The notes under the pieces: generated by a model
Seen by the model: the letters and a program-made list of their open reading frames with translations, nothing else
Told to the model about the DNA's origin: nothing
Database searches by the model: none
Assembly: GCA_050290785.1 (NCBI GenBank)
Contig: JBNKIR010000041.1
Span: forward strand, 44,404-108,403
DNA length: 64,000 bases
Direction: 5' to 3'
Origin: Sedimenticolaceae bacterium
Lineage (GTDB): Bacteria > Pseudomonadota > Gammaproteobacteria > Chromatiales > Chromatiaceae
Shown: positions 1 through 10,623 of the stretch, one piece after another
Numbering within the stretch: the stretch's first letter is position 1
How the letters are laid out: every line of letters starts with the position of its first letter
Program-made: the position numbers and the translations under genes

Positions 1-799
1 CCTGATTCGCATCCACCTTTGGTATGGGGGCACTCAGGATCTTGGCCACCTGATTGAAGCGCTGTCTCAGCACCTTGTTTTGTTTTATCAGTTGTGGATT
101 GGCGCCGCCGGTTGCCTTGAGGTCTTCCAGCCTCTTCTTTGTCTGCAGCAGCTCCTGTTCCAGGGCCTCGATCTTTTTGCTTGAGGTCTGGTCGGTCTTC
201 TTCAACAGATCCTGCATCAACTGCGCCTCATGCAGGGTGGCATTCAGCTCCGCCTCGCTCGCAGAGAGCTTTTTCTTCAGGGCATTGATTTCTTCGGTTT
301 TATCCTTGGCCTCAGTGGAATTGGATTTCTTCAGGAGCTGCATCAGACGCTTGGTTTCCTGCTGCTCATTCTTGAGCGCCTCACCCGACAGGGCCAACTT
401 CTCTTTGGTCTGGCCCAATTCCTGTTTGATCTTATTCAACTCCTCGCCCTGGGCTGGCGTTGAAGACGGCTTGGCATCCTTGAGCTTCTGTTCCGCCTCG
501 CGCAGTTTATTTTGCAGGGTGCCGGTCTTGGCCTGAAGTTCCAGCAACATGGCCCGCGCAGGCTTTTCATTGCTGATGTAGACCGATTTCACCCAGCCCT
601 CCTTTCCATCTCCCAGCTTTACCTTGGAAAAGGCGTCCTTGCGTTCCAGCACCTCCAGCGGCGTCCCACTGGGCAGTACCTTGAGTGGTTGCAGCCCGGA
701 GGCCGGCTTGGCATAGAGCCCGACCAGCAGCTTGTCTGTAATGTGCTCTGCCTGAGCGCTGCTTATAGTCAACAGGAGGACGAGTAGAATTCTTAACAT
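1..799 (-). CDS. Secreted SH3-domain / coiled-coil protein (YgiM/TIGR04211-like); C-terminus runs off the left edge
   Basis: This ORF is absent from the ORF track because it has no stop inside the window. Reading the minus strand from the ATG at 799 gives MLRILLVLLLTISSAQAEHITDKLLVGLYAKPASGLQPLKVLPSGTPLEVLERKDAFSKVKLGDGKEGWVKSVYISNEKP. An uninterrupted K/E/Q/L-rich coiled coil then continues to base 1. The architecture is signal peptide, bacterial SH3-like segment, then coiled coil. The listed + strand ORFs here are antisense to it. Confidence 0.7.
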   Translation of the reverse strand, partial: MLRILLVLLLTISSAQAEHITDKLLVGLYAKPASGLQPLKVLPSGTPLEVLERKDAFSKVKLGDGKEGWVKSVYISNEKPARAMLLELQAKTGTLQNKLREAEQKLKDAKPSSTPAQGEELNKIKQELGQTKEKLALSGEALKNEQQETKRLMQLLKKSNSTEAKDKTEEINALKKKLSASEAELNATLHEAQLMQDLLKKTDQTSSKKIEALEQELLQTKKRLEDLKATGGANPQLIKQNKVLRQRFNQVAKILSAPIPKVDANQ

Positions 800-804
800 T
801 ATGT

Positions 805-2856
805 TTATTCCTCAGGTGTTGCCCCAGCGGGTATCCCGCTATGACGTAAAAGGGCGTCAATCTTCGGTTCCCGACCCCGAAACGCCACAAATAGTTCCAT
901 CGCATCCCTGGCGCCGCCCTGCTCCAGGATGTTCTGCAAAAAAGATTGACCGGTATTTTGGTCGAAAACTCCTCTCTTCTCAAATAAAGAGAAGGCATCG
1001 GCGGAAAGGACCTCCGCCCACTTGTAGCTGTAGTACCCAGCGCCATAGCCCCCGCCAAAGATATGGGAGAACCCATGGGCGAATCGATTAAACTCCGGCG
1101 GCCGGACCACGGCAACCTTATCCCTTACCTGTTCCAGGATCTCATAGATCCTGCCGCCATGCTGCGGTGAGTACTCCTGGTGAATACGCAGATCGAATAT
1201 GGAGAACTCCAGCTGTTTCACCATCTGCATCCCGGACTGAAAATTCCTTGCCGCCAGCATGCGGCGGTACATCTCATCCGGGATCGACTCACCGGTCTCA
1301 TGGTGCCCGGATATAAGTTCCAGGGCCTCCCGCTCCCAGCACCAGTTCTCCATAAACTGGGACGGCAGTTCCACCGCATCCCAGGCGACGCCGTTGATGC
1401 CGGACACCCCAGGATAATCGATCCTGGTCAGCATGTGGTGTAACCCGTGACCAAACTCATGGAACAGGGTCAATACCTCATCGTGGGTCAGCAGGGCCGG
1501 ACTGTCGCCGATAGGTGGCGAGAAGTTGCAGGTGAGATATGCCACCGGGGTCTGGCAACGATCTTTGGTGACGAAACGACCGATACAGTCGTCCATCCAG
1601 GCGCCGCCCCGTTTGTTGGGGCGGGCATACAGGTCCAGATAGAACTCCCCGCGCAGTTCCCCCTGCCGGTCCCTGATCTCATAGAAGCGCACGTCCGGGT
1701 GCCAGCAGTCTATGCCGTCCACCAGGGTTATCTCTATACCGAACAGCCGTTTTACCACCTCGAACATACCGGGGATGACGCGGTTCTCAGGAAAATAGGG
1801 TTTGAGCTCCTCCTGGGTTATGGAGTAGCGCTGCTGGCGCAGCTTTTCGGAATAGAAACCTATGTCCCAGACCTGGAGCTCATCCACACCAAATTGATCT
1901 AAGGCATATCGCTCAAGTTCGGCATATTCTGTCTGGGCCTGGGGCAGAGAGCGGGCGGCCAGATCGGTGAGAAACTCCATCACCTCCTCGCCGCTGCGGG
2001 CCATCTTGCGGGCCAGTGAACGTTGGACGTAGTTGTCGAAGCCCAGCAGTTGCGCCTGCTCATGCTTCAGGGCCAGGATCTGTTCCATGATCTCGCTGTT
2101 GTCCCACTGACCGGCATGGGGGCCACGGTCCGAGGCGCGGGTGGAGTAGGCCTCGTACATCTCACGGCGCAGCTCGCGCCCTTCGGCATAGGTCAGGACC
2201 GGCAGGTAGGAGGGGAAATCCAGGGTGAACATCCACCCATCTTCACCCCGTTGTTCGGCCGTCTGGCGCGCCAGCTCCTTGGCTGATTGCGGCAGGCCGG
2301 CCAGTTCGTCCTCGTCGGTTATCAGCTTGGTCCAGGCGTTGGTGGCGTCCAGCAGATTCTCGTTGAATCTGCTGCCCAGCCGGGACAGCTCCTGGCTGAT
2401 ATCCTTAAAACGGGCCTTTTGTTCCGGCGGCAGATCCACGCCTGAGAGATGGAAGTCGAGCAGGGCATTGTCCAGACTCTTGATCTGTGCATAGTCCAGT
2501 CCGCCCTCCTCTTCCCTGATCTTCTTGTAGGCCTGGTACAGCCGTTCGTTTTGCCCCATCTCCGTGGCATAGGCACTGAGCTTGGGCAGGCAGGCGTTGT
2601 AGGCGCTGCGCAGCTCATCTGAGTTGACCACGGAGTTCATGTGGCTCACCGGAGACCAGGCGCAGTCCAGCCGGTCATCCATGATCTCAAGGGGCTCAAC
2701 CAGATTCTCCCACGTGAACCTCTGGCCTGCGTCCAGGACCCTTTCGGTCTGGTCGCGACAGTCGGCCAGCAACCGCTCTATGGCCGGCTCTACGTGCTCA
2801 GGACGTATGCGCGAAAAGGCCGGCAGTCCCTCAAGGTTGAGTAGGGGGTTGTCCAT
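805..2856 (-). CDS. prlC: Oligopeptidase A (M3 family zinc metallopeptidase)
   Basis: 683 aa with the HEFGHGLHH zinc motif. Full-length collinear resemblance to PrlC/Dcp-type M3 peptidases. Confidence 0.95.
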   Translation of the reverse strand: MDNPLLNLEGLPAFSRIRPEHVEPAIERLLADCRDQTERVLDAGQRFTWENLVEPLEIMDDRLDCAWSPVSHMNSVVNSDELRSAYNACLPKLSAYATEMGQNERLYQAYKKIREEEGGLDYAQIKSLDNALLDFHLSGVDLPPEQKARFKDISQELSRLGSRFNENLLDATNAWTKLITDEDELAGLPQSAKELARQTAEQRGEDGWMFTLDFPSYLPVLTYAEGRELRREMYEAYSTRASDRGPHAGQWDNSEIMEQILALKHEQAQLLGFDNYVQRSLARKMARSGEEVMEFLTDLAARSLPQAQTEYAELERYALDQFGVDELQVWDIGFYSEKLRQQRYSITQEELKPYFPENRVIPGMFEVVKRLFGIEITLVDGIDCWHPDVRFYEIRDRQGELRGEFYLDLYARPNKRGGAWMDDCIGRFVTKDRCQTPVAYLTCNFSPPIGDSPALLTHDEVLTLFHEFGHGLHHMLTRIDYPGVSGINGVAWDAVELPSQFMENWCWEREALELISGHHETGESIPDEMYRRMLAARNFQSGMQMVKQLEFSIFDLRIHQEYSPQHGGRIYEILEQVRDKVAVVRPPEFNRFAHGFSHIFGGGYGAGYYSYKWAEVLSADAFSLFEKRGVFDQNTGQSFLQNILEQGGARDAMELFVAFRGREPKIDALLRHSGIPAGATPEE

Positions 2857-2910
2857 TTAGTACTTGGTCCTCAAATCAGCAGATCGGGCATTGTGACAGA
2901 AAATCATGGT

Positions 2911-3873
2911 TCACACAGTGGTAAGTTTGAGCGTCAACATCCAGACGGCCAGTGCCCCACCGGCAAAAAAGGCCAAGACAGAGAGCAGAACATTGCGGCG
3001 GAAGCGGCGGACCAGATCAAATTGCGGCAGGGTGGAAAGCAGGAAGGGATGGCTGCCCGATCCGGTGGCACTCAGGGTGTTCAGTATGCTGCCACGGATA
3101 AGCTCCTGCTGCTCCGTCTGTGCCAGCCCTTCCGCCCTCAGACGTACCTGTTCCCACTCCTCCTGGTCAATCCGCCCATCCCGGTTGCGGTCAAACTCAA
3201 ACAACAGAGACGATGTGTCTTCCTTCCATGTGCGCAGCAGCTCCCGTGTGATCTCGCTACGTTGCTGTATATGGTCCACCTCATCCATGGTCTTGAACAG
3301 GCCGATGGCATAAAGCGGATCGCCATCGTGGATCCTGATCTCGGTATAGCGGCGGCTGGATCCGATGGCCTCGGTACTGTTGATGCTTTGGCCCAGTTTC
3401 ATCACTATTTGCCAGCTTGAGGGCAGCTTGCTGCTGTTATGCTTCGGGGTTATGGCGTCGTCGCCCTGCCACACATCCTTACGTTCGGAGGTCACATCCG
3501 CCCCCTCTGGGTCGATAATGCAGTCGCCGGTGCCATCACGCAGCAGGAACAGGTGGTCACTGGTCCCGGAATCGACGGTGAACCAGCCCTTGTCGCCGCG
3601 CCGCTCCACCTTGTAGCTATACCAGCAGCATGGCAGTTTGGTCAGCGGCGCCAGTATGGGCTCTCCTTCCATCTGCACCGCGTTGCCGGCGAGCTCGACA
3701 TACCCCTGATGGGCCGAACGGATATTCGCCGTCGGGGTGTCCTCGATGATACGGGCGCGGCGCAGGTAGCGGAACGCGAAATAAAAGCCACCTACGGCCG
3801 CGGCAGCCGCGAATAGGGTGATGGCCCAGAACTCCTCATCGGCCAGATGCAGAAACAGTTCCGACAGGGGCAT
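2911..3873 (-). CDS. GIDE-domain membrane protein with a C-terminal EF-hand
   Basis: 320 aa with N- and C-terminal TM helices and a central GIDE-like region (QGYVELAGN...LPCCWYSYKVERR). It carries a canonical EF-hand loop, DRNRDGRIDQEE. Its start shares a base with the lemA stop. Confidence 0.6.
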   Translation of the reverse strand: MPLSELFLHLADEEFWAITLFAAAAAVGGFYFAFRYLRRARIIEDTPTANIRSAHQGYVELAGNAVQMEGEPILAPLTKLPCCWYSYKVERRGDKGWFTVDSGTSDHLFLLRDGTGDCIIDPEGADVTSERKDVWQGDDAITPKHNSSKLPSSWQIVMKLGQSINSTEAIGSSRRYTEIRIHDGDPLYAIGLFKTMDEVDHIQQRSEITRELLRTWKEDTSSLLFEFDRNRDGRIDQEEWEQVRLRAEGLAQTEQQELIRGSILNTLSATGSGSHPFLLSTLPQFDLVRRFRRNVLLSVLAFFAGGALAVWMLTLKLTTV

Positions 3874-4445
3874 TATTCAAATAGCGATTTGATATCCACG
3901 TCCTGCTTCTCCTGCTCAGAGAACTCCAGCAGTTCGGCTGCCTTGAAGTTGAACATGCGGGCGATGATCACATCCGGGAACTGCTCGATGCGGACATTAT
4001 TGTTGTTCACACTCTCGTTATAGAACTCACGCCGATCGGCGATGCTGTTCTCCAGACCGGTGATGCGCCCCTGCAGGTGCAGAAAGGTCTCATTCGCCTT
4101 CAGGTCAGGATAGGCCTCGGCCACTGCAAACAGGTTGCCCAAGCCTAATCTAAGCTGGCCCTCGGCCGCGCCCAGTGCTCCCACATCACCCTGCTGGCGG
4201 GCGTTTGATACCGCGCTCCGGGCCTGCATCACCTTTTCCAGTGTCTCCTGCTCATACTGCATGTACTGTTTGCAGGTCTCCACCAGCTTGGGCAGTTCGT
4301 CGTGGCGCTGCTTCAGCAGCACATCGATGTTGGACCAGGCCTTGGATACGCCGTGTTTCAGATTGACCAAGCCATTATAGATAGTCACCGTGTAGATGGC
4401 CGCTACCGCAATGACACCAAGGACTACAAATGTAGAAATATCCAT
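3873..4445 (-). CDS. lemA: LemA family protein
   Basis: 190 aa with an N-terminal TM helix followed by the LemA signature region (YNGLVNLKHGVSKAWSNIDVLLKQRHDELPKLVE). Confidence 0.9.
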   Translation of the reverse strand: MDISTFVVLGVIAVAAIYTVTIYNGLVNLKHGVSKAWSNIDVLLKQRHDELPKLVETCKQYMQYEQETLEKVMQARSAVSNARQQGDVGALGAAEGQLRLGLGNLFAVAEAYPDLKANETFLHLQGRITGLENSIADRREFYNESVNNNNVRIEQFPDVIIARMFNFKAAELLEFSEQEKQDVDIKSLFE

Positions 4446-4512
4446 GCCAGCTCCTTTTTTATGTTATAGGGTTGATTGTATCATCTGCTAACTGAATCTC
4501 TAGGAGTTACAT

Positions 4513-5049
4513 GTGGTGGATATAAGAGCGTTTCAAGGCATGACCCCGCGCATCGCAGAGGATGTCTGGGTGGACCCTACGGCGGTAGTGATCGGTGATG
4601 TTGAGATTGGGTCAGGTTCATCCATCTGGCCTCTGGTGGTGGTGCGCGGGGATATCCATCACATCCGGATCGGCAAAAACACCAACATCCAGGATGGCAG
4701 CGTGGTGCATGTCACCCACGACAGCCGCTTCAATCCCGGGGGCTATCCCACCATCATTGGGGACAACATCACGGTAGGGCACAAGGTAATGCTGCACGGC
4801 TGCACCATCGGGGACAACTGCCTGATCGGCATGAGTTCCACCGTGATGGATGGGGCGATCATCGAACCGCGGGTGGTGCTGGGTGCGGGCAGTCTGGTGC
4901 CTGGGGGCAAGGTGCTGGAGGGCGGTTACCTTTGGGTGGGCTCACCGGTGCGCCGGGCGCGGGAGCTGAATGAGAAGGAGCAGGAGTTCCTGGACTACTC
5001 GGCGCAGAACTATGCTCGGCTGGCGAAGAAGTACCTGGAAGAGGGTTAG
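4513..5049 (+). CDS. Gamma-carbonic-anhydrase-like hexapeptide-repeat protein (YrdA/PaaY family)
   Basis: 178 aa with a GTG start and left-handed beta-helix hexapeptide repeats (IGDVEIGSGSSIWP...IGKNTNIQDGSVVH...IGDNITVGH). Its stop overlaps the convergent aroE stop. Confidence 0.85.
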   Translation: MVDIRAFQGMTPRIAEDVWVDPTAVVIGDVEIGSGSSIWPLVVVRGDIHHIRIGKNTNIQDGSVVHVTHDSRFNPGGYPTIIGDNITVGHKVMLHGCTIGDNCLIGMSSTVMDGAIIEPRVVLGAGSLVPGGKVLEGGYLWVGSPVRRARELNEKEQEFLDYSAQNYARLAKKYLEEG

Positions 5050-5861
5050 CCCTTTAGCATCTCTATGACCGGCGCGGTCTGCGGGTGTATGCCTCGCCAC
5101 AGGAAGAACGACTCCGCCGCCTGTTCCACCAGCATCCCCAATCCACCCAAGGCCTGGCTTGCCCCACGTGTTTGGCCCCAGCGCATGAAGGCGGTGGCTT
5201 TGTCCCCGTACATCATGTCGTAGGTCCAGCCGCCGGGACGCAGAACGGTATCCGGGATCACGGGAACCTGATCTGTCAGCCCCGCCGCGGTGGCGTTGAT
5301 GATGATGTCGAATGAGTCTCCATACAGTTGCTCCAGGCCGCAGCCTCTGACCTCACCCAAGCCAGAGCTGTCTATGGCCAGGGCCTCCGCCTTGGAGGCG
5401 GTGCGGTTGGCGATGACCAGGCGCTTCGGCCCTGCTTCCAACAGAGGTCGTATGACACCGCGGGAGGCACCCCCTGCCCCTAACAGCAGGATCTCCGCCC
5501 CTGCCAGTTTGCAGCCGTGGTTTGCAGTCAGGTCCCGCACCAGCCCGACGCCGTCGGTGTTGTCACCGAGCAGACGGCCGTCCGGCAGCAGGATCAGGGT
5601 GTTGACTGCACCTGCACTCTCGGCGCGCTTACTGCGTTCATCTGCCAGTATCCAGGCGTCCTCCTTGAAGGGGACGGTGATGTTCAGCCCCTTGCCGCCA
5701 GCGGCGATAAAATCGGCCACGTCTTGTTTGAATCGTCCGGGTTCGCCCAGGATACGCCCGTACTCCAAATCCTCTCCGGTCTGTTGCGCAAAGGCGCGGT
5801 GAATCAGCGGGGACTTGCTGTGTTCAATAGGATTGCCGATGACGGCGTATCTGTCGGTCAT
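5046..5861 (-). CDS. aroE: Shikimate dehydrogenase
   Basis: 271 aa with the N-terminus YAVIGNPIEHSKSPLIHRAF and an NADP glycine loop (LLLGAGGASRG). Confidence 0.9.
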   Translation of the reverse strand: MTDRYAVIGNPIEHSKSPLIHRAFAQQTGEDLEYGRILGEPGRFKQDVADFIAAGGKGLNITVPFKEDAWILADERSKRAESAGAVNTLILLPDGRLLGDNTDGVGLVRDLTANHGCKLAGAEILLLGAGGASRGVIRPLLEAGPKRLVIANRTASKAEALAIDSSGLGEVRGCGLEQLYGDSFDIIINATAAGLTDQVPVIPDTVLRPGGWTYDMMYGDKATAFMRWGQTRGASQALGGLGMLVEQAAESFFLWRGIHPQTAPVIEMLKG

Positions 5862-5862
5862 C

Positions 5863-6933
<1,071 letters not shown>

Positions 6934-7134
6934 TTAAAGTGGATCTGGCTCGAGAAAATTTATTTTTTGTCGCTGGATTTTTTACCGATTACCTGCTCAA
7001 ATCAGTAGTTCGTCGGCCTCGGGGAACGCGAAACAGGGTCTGTTGCCCAACTATTTAATGCGGCTAAAAAAATAGCATTGGACCGATATCGTATCGATAT
7101 ATCCGATTATAGTTAGAAGAATGGAGAGATAGTT

Positions 7135-7746
7135 ATGGAGTCTTCGGTATTTAGCAGGATACGCCTTTCGTATCTACTGGCGATCTTTTTTCTGGTGATA
7201 ATCGCTCCTCAGCAGGCCTGGAGTAATCAGTTAAGCCCGCCTCAGGCCATGGTTCAGAAGATCTCTGACCGCATGCAGCAGGCATTAAAGGGCAAACCCA
7301 GCCCCAGCCGGGCCTACAGCCTGGTAAACAGTATCATCGTGCCATATATAAACTTCAATATGGTTGCAAAACGGGCGTTGGGCACGGCCTATTGGAACAA
7401 GGCATCTTCCGGGCAGAGAAGCAGATTTACCGCCCAGTTCAAGAAACTGCTGGTCCGAACCTATAGTTCCGCCTTTGCCAGCTATAACAACTGGTCGATG
7501 CAGCATCTGGGCACCAAGAATTCAGGTAAAAGCGTGGCGGTAAATACCAGGGTATCGCCATCAGGGACCAGCCCGGTCAATGTGAGCTATCTGATGTACG
7601 GCAGCGGTGGTAGCTATCGGGTATACGATATCTATATCTCTGGCGTAAGTCTGGCCAAGAGCCATAGCGCCAGTTTTCAGGGGATAGTCAGGAGTAGCGG
7701 TATGGAAGGCCTGATTAAAAAACTTATCGCCATGAACAAAAAATGA
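7135..7746 (+). CDS. MlaC/Ttg2D-family periplasmic lipid-binding protein
   Basis: 203 aa with a signal peptide and the typical segment INFNMVAKRALGTAYWNKASSGQRSRFTAQFKKLLVRTY. Confidence 0.7.
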   Translation: MESSVFSRIRLSYLLAIFFLVIIAPQQAWSNQLSPPQAMVQKISDRMQQALKGKPSPSRAYSLVNSIIVPYINFNMVAKRALGTAYWNKASSGQRSRFTAQFKKLLVRTYSSAFASYNNWSMQHLGTKNSGKSVAVNTRVSPSGTSPVNVSYLMYGSGGSYRVYDIYISGVSLAKSHSASFQGIVRSSGMEGLIKKLIAMNKK

Positions 7747-7797
7747 TGTTGCAGCAGAGATGTTGATCGAAAAGGCGGCTGGATTCAGCCGCCTTTT

Positions 7798-7998
7798 TTA
7801 ATAGTGGGGTGGTGGCTCGTCTGTAATGGCAGATCCCACGCCCGGGGCTAGGGCCCTTAGTTGAGTCTGTAACTCTTCTATGTCTCTGCGCAGTTCAACC
7901 AGTTCCTGCTGCTGCCCGGCAACTGTTCGGTTCAGTGCCTGAATCAGGTCTTCCTGAAAGGCTACTTTTGTCTCCAGCTCGATTATCTGATCTTTCAT
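7798..7998 (-). CDS. slyX: SlyX family protein
   Basis: 66-aa coiled-coil protein (IELETKVAFQEDLIQALNRTVAGQQQE) typical of SlyX. Confidence 0.8.
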   Translation of the reverse strand: MKDQIIELETKVAFQEDLIQALNRTVAGQQQELVELRRDIEELQTQLRALAPGVGSAITDEPPPHY

Positions 7999-8216
7999 CT
8001 AAGTGTACCGTTATGGCAGGGCAAATATTGCACATCTTCAACTGGTTGATAAATATGGTATTTATTCAAGTCGTGTCAAAATTATCGCAAATGACAAATC
8101 CATGACTAAAGTTCTTCCGGCGGCTGCCGATGATACTACTGCTAAAGGCGATGCAGCGTAACTGCTTATAGTTTCATTTAGTTGATCCTCCGTTTGCGTC
8201 ACATAGTGGCGCACTG

Positions 8217-8248
8217 AGCCCGCCCCTCCCCTGGTGGGCTTTCTTTTG
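8217..8248 (+). terminator. Orphan intrinsic-terminator-like hairpin on the + strand
   Basis: AGCCCGCC (8217-8224) pairs with GGTGGGCT (8233-8240), giving 8 bp with one G-U pair and an 8-nt loop. TTCTTTTG follows. Both flanking genes are on the minus strand, and the reverse orientation has no T-tract. Confidence 0.4.
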
Positions 8249-8270
8249 CCCGATTGAAATCAGGTCATAA

Positions 8271-8849
8271 CTACCCTCGAATGATCGCCCCGGTTGCCGC
8301 ATCTCTTATCATGCTGGGCGATCGTCTTTCTCCGGTTGATCCATGGACGATGCAATCGACAATCCCGGATACCCTGGATCTTACCTGTGTTGCGGTAACC
8401 GCGGGTCTGCGATCGGCTATGTTTGCGCTGGTGGAGACCAGCGGTGAACCGCAGGCCAGACACAGGGAGGCGGCAATCGGATGGTCCGTGACCCTGACGG
8501 CGATGGTCCTATGCCTTCCCCTGAGCCAGTAGGGAAGACCCTCGGCTGCCGGCAGTAGCCAGGTGTTCGGTCCAGGCCAGCTATCCAGGACCGGCCTCAT
8601 CCGCTCCTCAGGCAGGGGCTCTATGTAGGGTAGAAGTTGCTCATAGTTGGCAGCGATCAGTATCAGACCCTTGTCCAGGGGACGATGCTTTTGGATCAAA
8701 AGCCACTCAACGGCACACCAGTTCAACGGATCACACCCCAGTCCGTAGATGGCCTCGGTCGGATAGGCCAGGATACCCCCCTGCCGAAAGCAGCGAACAG
8801 CCTCACGCAGTTTCCAGGGATGGATATTGGCCTTATGCACGCCTGCCAT
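8271..8849 (-). CDS. tsaC: L-threonylcarbamoyladenylate synthase (YrdC/TsaC type)
   Basis: 192 aa with YrdC-domain motifs (ILAYPTEAIYGLGCDP, STSANI). Confidence 0.85.
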   Translation of the reverse strand: MAGVHKANIHPWKLREAVRCFRQGGILAYPTEAIYGLGCDPLNWCAVEWLLIQKHRPLDKGLILIAANYEQLLPYIEPLPEERMRPVLDSWPGPNTWLLPAAEGLPYWLRGRHRTIAVRVTDHPIAASLCLACGSPLVSTSANIADRRPAVTATQVRSRVSGIVDCIVHGSTGERRSPSMIRDAATGAIIRG

Positions 8850-8865
8850 CTCTATTGAAAAGATC

Positions 8866-9372
8866 TTAACCGGCTAGGTCAGACTGGAGTTTCTGGTCCT
8901 TTTCCACAACGCCCTTGGCGTTGTTCTCCCGATCTGCCCGTATACGCCGGGCGATCTCGGGGTCGGATAGGGCCAGGATCTGTGCTGCCAGATAGGCGGC
9001 GTTCTTGGCCCCGGCCTTGCCCACAGCCACGGTCGCCACCGGGATCCCACCAGGCATCTGTACTGTGGAGAGTAGTGCATCCATGCCCTGCAGCGGTCCT
9101 GCGTCCAACGGTATGCCAATGACCGGCTTCAAGGTGGCTGCGGAGACCGCTCCCGCCAGATGCGCGGCCAGTCCGGCGGCGCAGATGAATACGGCGCATC
9201 CGCGGACATCGGCATCTGTTACATAGTCATACGTTTGCTTCGGTGTACGGTGGGCGGAGGTGATCTTGGCCTCGAATGGTATCTCCAGAGATTTGAGTAC
9301 GTCGATCGTCGATTGCAACACCGGGAGGTCTGAATCTGAACCCATCAGAACGGCTACAAATGGCTGGCTCAT
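8866..9372 (-). CDS. purE: N5-carboxyaminoimidazole ribonucleotide mutase
   Basis: 168 aa with [13 protein letters not shown] and SAHRTP motifs. No purK lies adjacent. Confidence 0.93.
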   Translation of the reverse strand: MSQPFVAVLMGSDSDLPVLQSTIDVLKSLEIPFEAKITSAHRTPKQTYDYVTDADVRGCAVFICAAGLAAHLAGAVSAATLKPVIGIPLDAGPLQGMDALLSTVQMPGGIPVATVAVGKAGAKNAAYLAAQILALSDPEIARRIRADRENNAKGVVEKDQKLQSDLAG

Positions 9373-9449
9373 AATTTCCTGTCCTGAATATCAGTGGAAA
9401 AGGTGGGGAAGATACCGGATTTTACCGGTTTAGGCTAGTCCTTGCTGGC

Positions 9450-10592
9450 TCAGCGCTCGTTCATCCCCACCCCCAGCGGGATAAGTAGCAGGGCAGCGCA
9501 TATATAGAGGACCGCATCCCAGCCCAGCAGGGTGTATGCATAGCCTGACCCGGTTATACCCAGCCAACCCCCCAGATAGTAGAACATGACATAAAGCGCA
9601 TTGGCCCTACCTTGCCCACTGGACAGGCGCCGGTTGAGTGCGCCTACCGCGGCGGAGTGGATGGTAAAAAATCCGGCACAGACACTGAGTAGCCCGATTA
9701 CCACCGCCAGTATGTCTGGTTGTCGTATGAGCAGCAGGGAACACAACAGTGTCGCGGTTCCCGCCAGCATGGTGTTGCCACTGCCGAATCTGTTACTGAG
9801 CCGACCAGAGACCGGGCCGATAAATATTCCGACCACATAGACCAGATACAGCATGGTGGTGATCTCGGTGGAAAATGCGAACGGCGGCTCGCTGAGCCTG
9901 AACGGCAGATAGTTGAATATGGCGGAAAAGATGGCAAAACTGCCGGCTGCGCAGAGGTAAATGCGCAACAGGTCCCAGCGTCTTAGCAGGGTCAGGAAAT
10001 TGATAGAACGGTTGTGGACGGTGGCAGACGCGGTTTTCCTGGGCAAGATGCGCCAGGCCACGAAAGTGCCTGCCAGGATCATGATCGAGGCCGAGACGAA
10101 GGCGTAGCGCCAGTGGAGCGGCGGGTGGATCCATCCCCCCAGCAGGCGTCCGCCCAATCCCCCAAGTACGGTGGCCGATACGTATGATCCCATCACCACG
10201 CTTAGCCGCTCCAAAGGCAGGGTGCGGGCAAGATAGGCGGCCAGACATGTGGTTAGAGCGGGGATGAAGAGGCCCTGCACGAAACGTGCGCCGATCAGGA
10301 GCGTCAGGTTGTCAGTATAGGCACAGACCAGACCGGCACAGGCAACCGTCAGCCCTCCGGTCAGGAGGATGGGATGGATCTCCAGACGATCGGATAAGAT
10401 GCCAAATGGCAGGTTGGAGATGGCAATGCCCAGGATGACCGCGGATACGGTGAAAGAGACCAGTACCAGATCAGCAGAAAATTCGCTTTGCAGCACCGGC
10501 AGGACCGGCTGGGTGATGTAGATATTGGTAAAGGATGCAGAGACCAGGGCAAAGACCGCCAGCTGGAGCAGAAAGTAGGGGGATCTGGCCAT
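9450..10592 (-). CDS. MFS transporter
   Basis: 380 aa and about 12 predicted hydrophobic helices, with an MFS-like loop (GILSDRLEIHP). Confidence 0.8.
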   Translation of the reverse strand: MARSPYFLLQLAVFALVSASFTNIYITQPVLPVLQSEFSADLVLVSFTVSAVILGIAISNLPFGILSDRLEIHPILLTGGLTVACAGLVCAYTDNLTLLIGARFVQGLFIPALTTCLAAYLARTLPLERLSVVMGSYVSATVLGGLGGRLLGGWIHPPLHWRYAFVSASIMILAGTFVAWRILPRKTASATVHNRSINFLTLLRRWDLLRIYLCAAGSFAIFSAIFNYLPFRLSEPPFAFSTEITTMLYLVYVVGIFIGPVSGRLSNRFGSGNTMLAGTATLLCSLLLIRQPDILAVVIGLLSVCAGFFTIHSAAVGALNRRLSSGQGRANALYVMFYYLGGWLGITGSGYAYTLLGWDAVLYICAALLLIPLGVGMNER

Positions 10593-10623
10593 GATGGAGC
10601 CCGCCTAGAAATCAGTTATTGGG

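Noticed and set aside
54-787. Plus-strand ORFs at the left edge (54-536, 230-463, 512-787).
   Set aside because: They are antisense to the unlisted minus-strand SH3/coiled-coil gene, which has a signal peptide and coherent domain structure. The + translations are Cys/Ser/Leu-rich nonsense.
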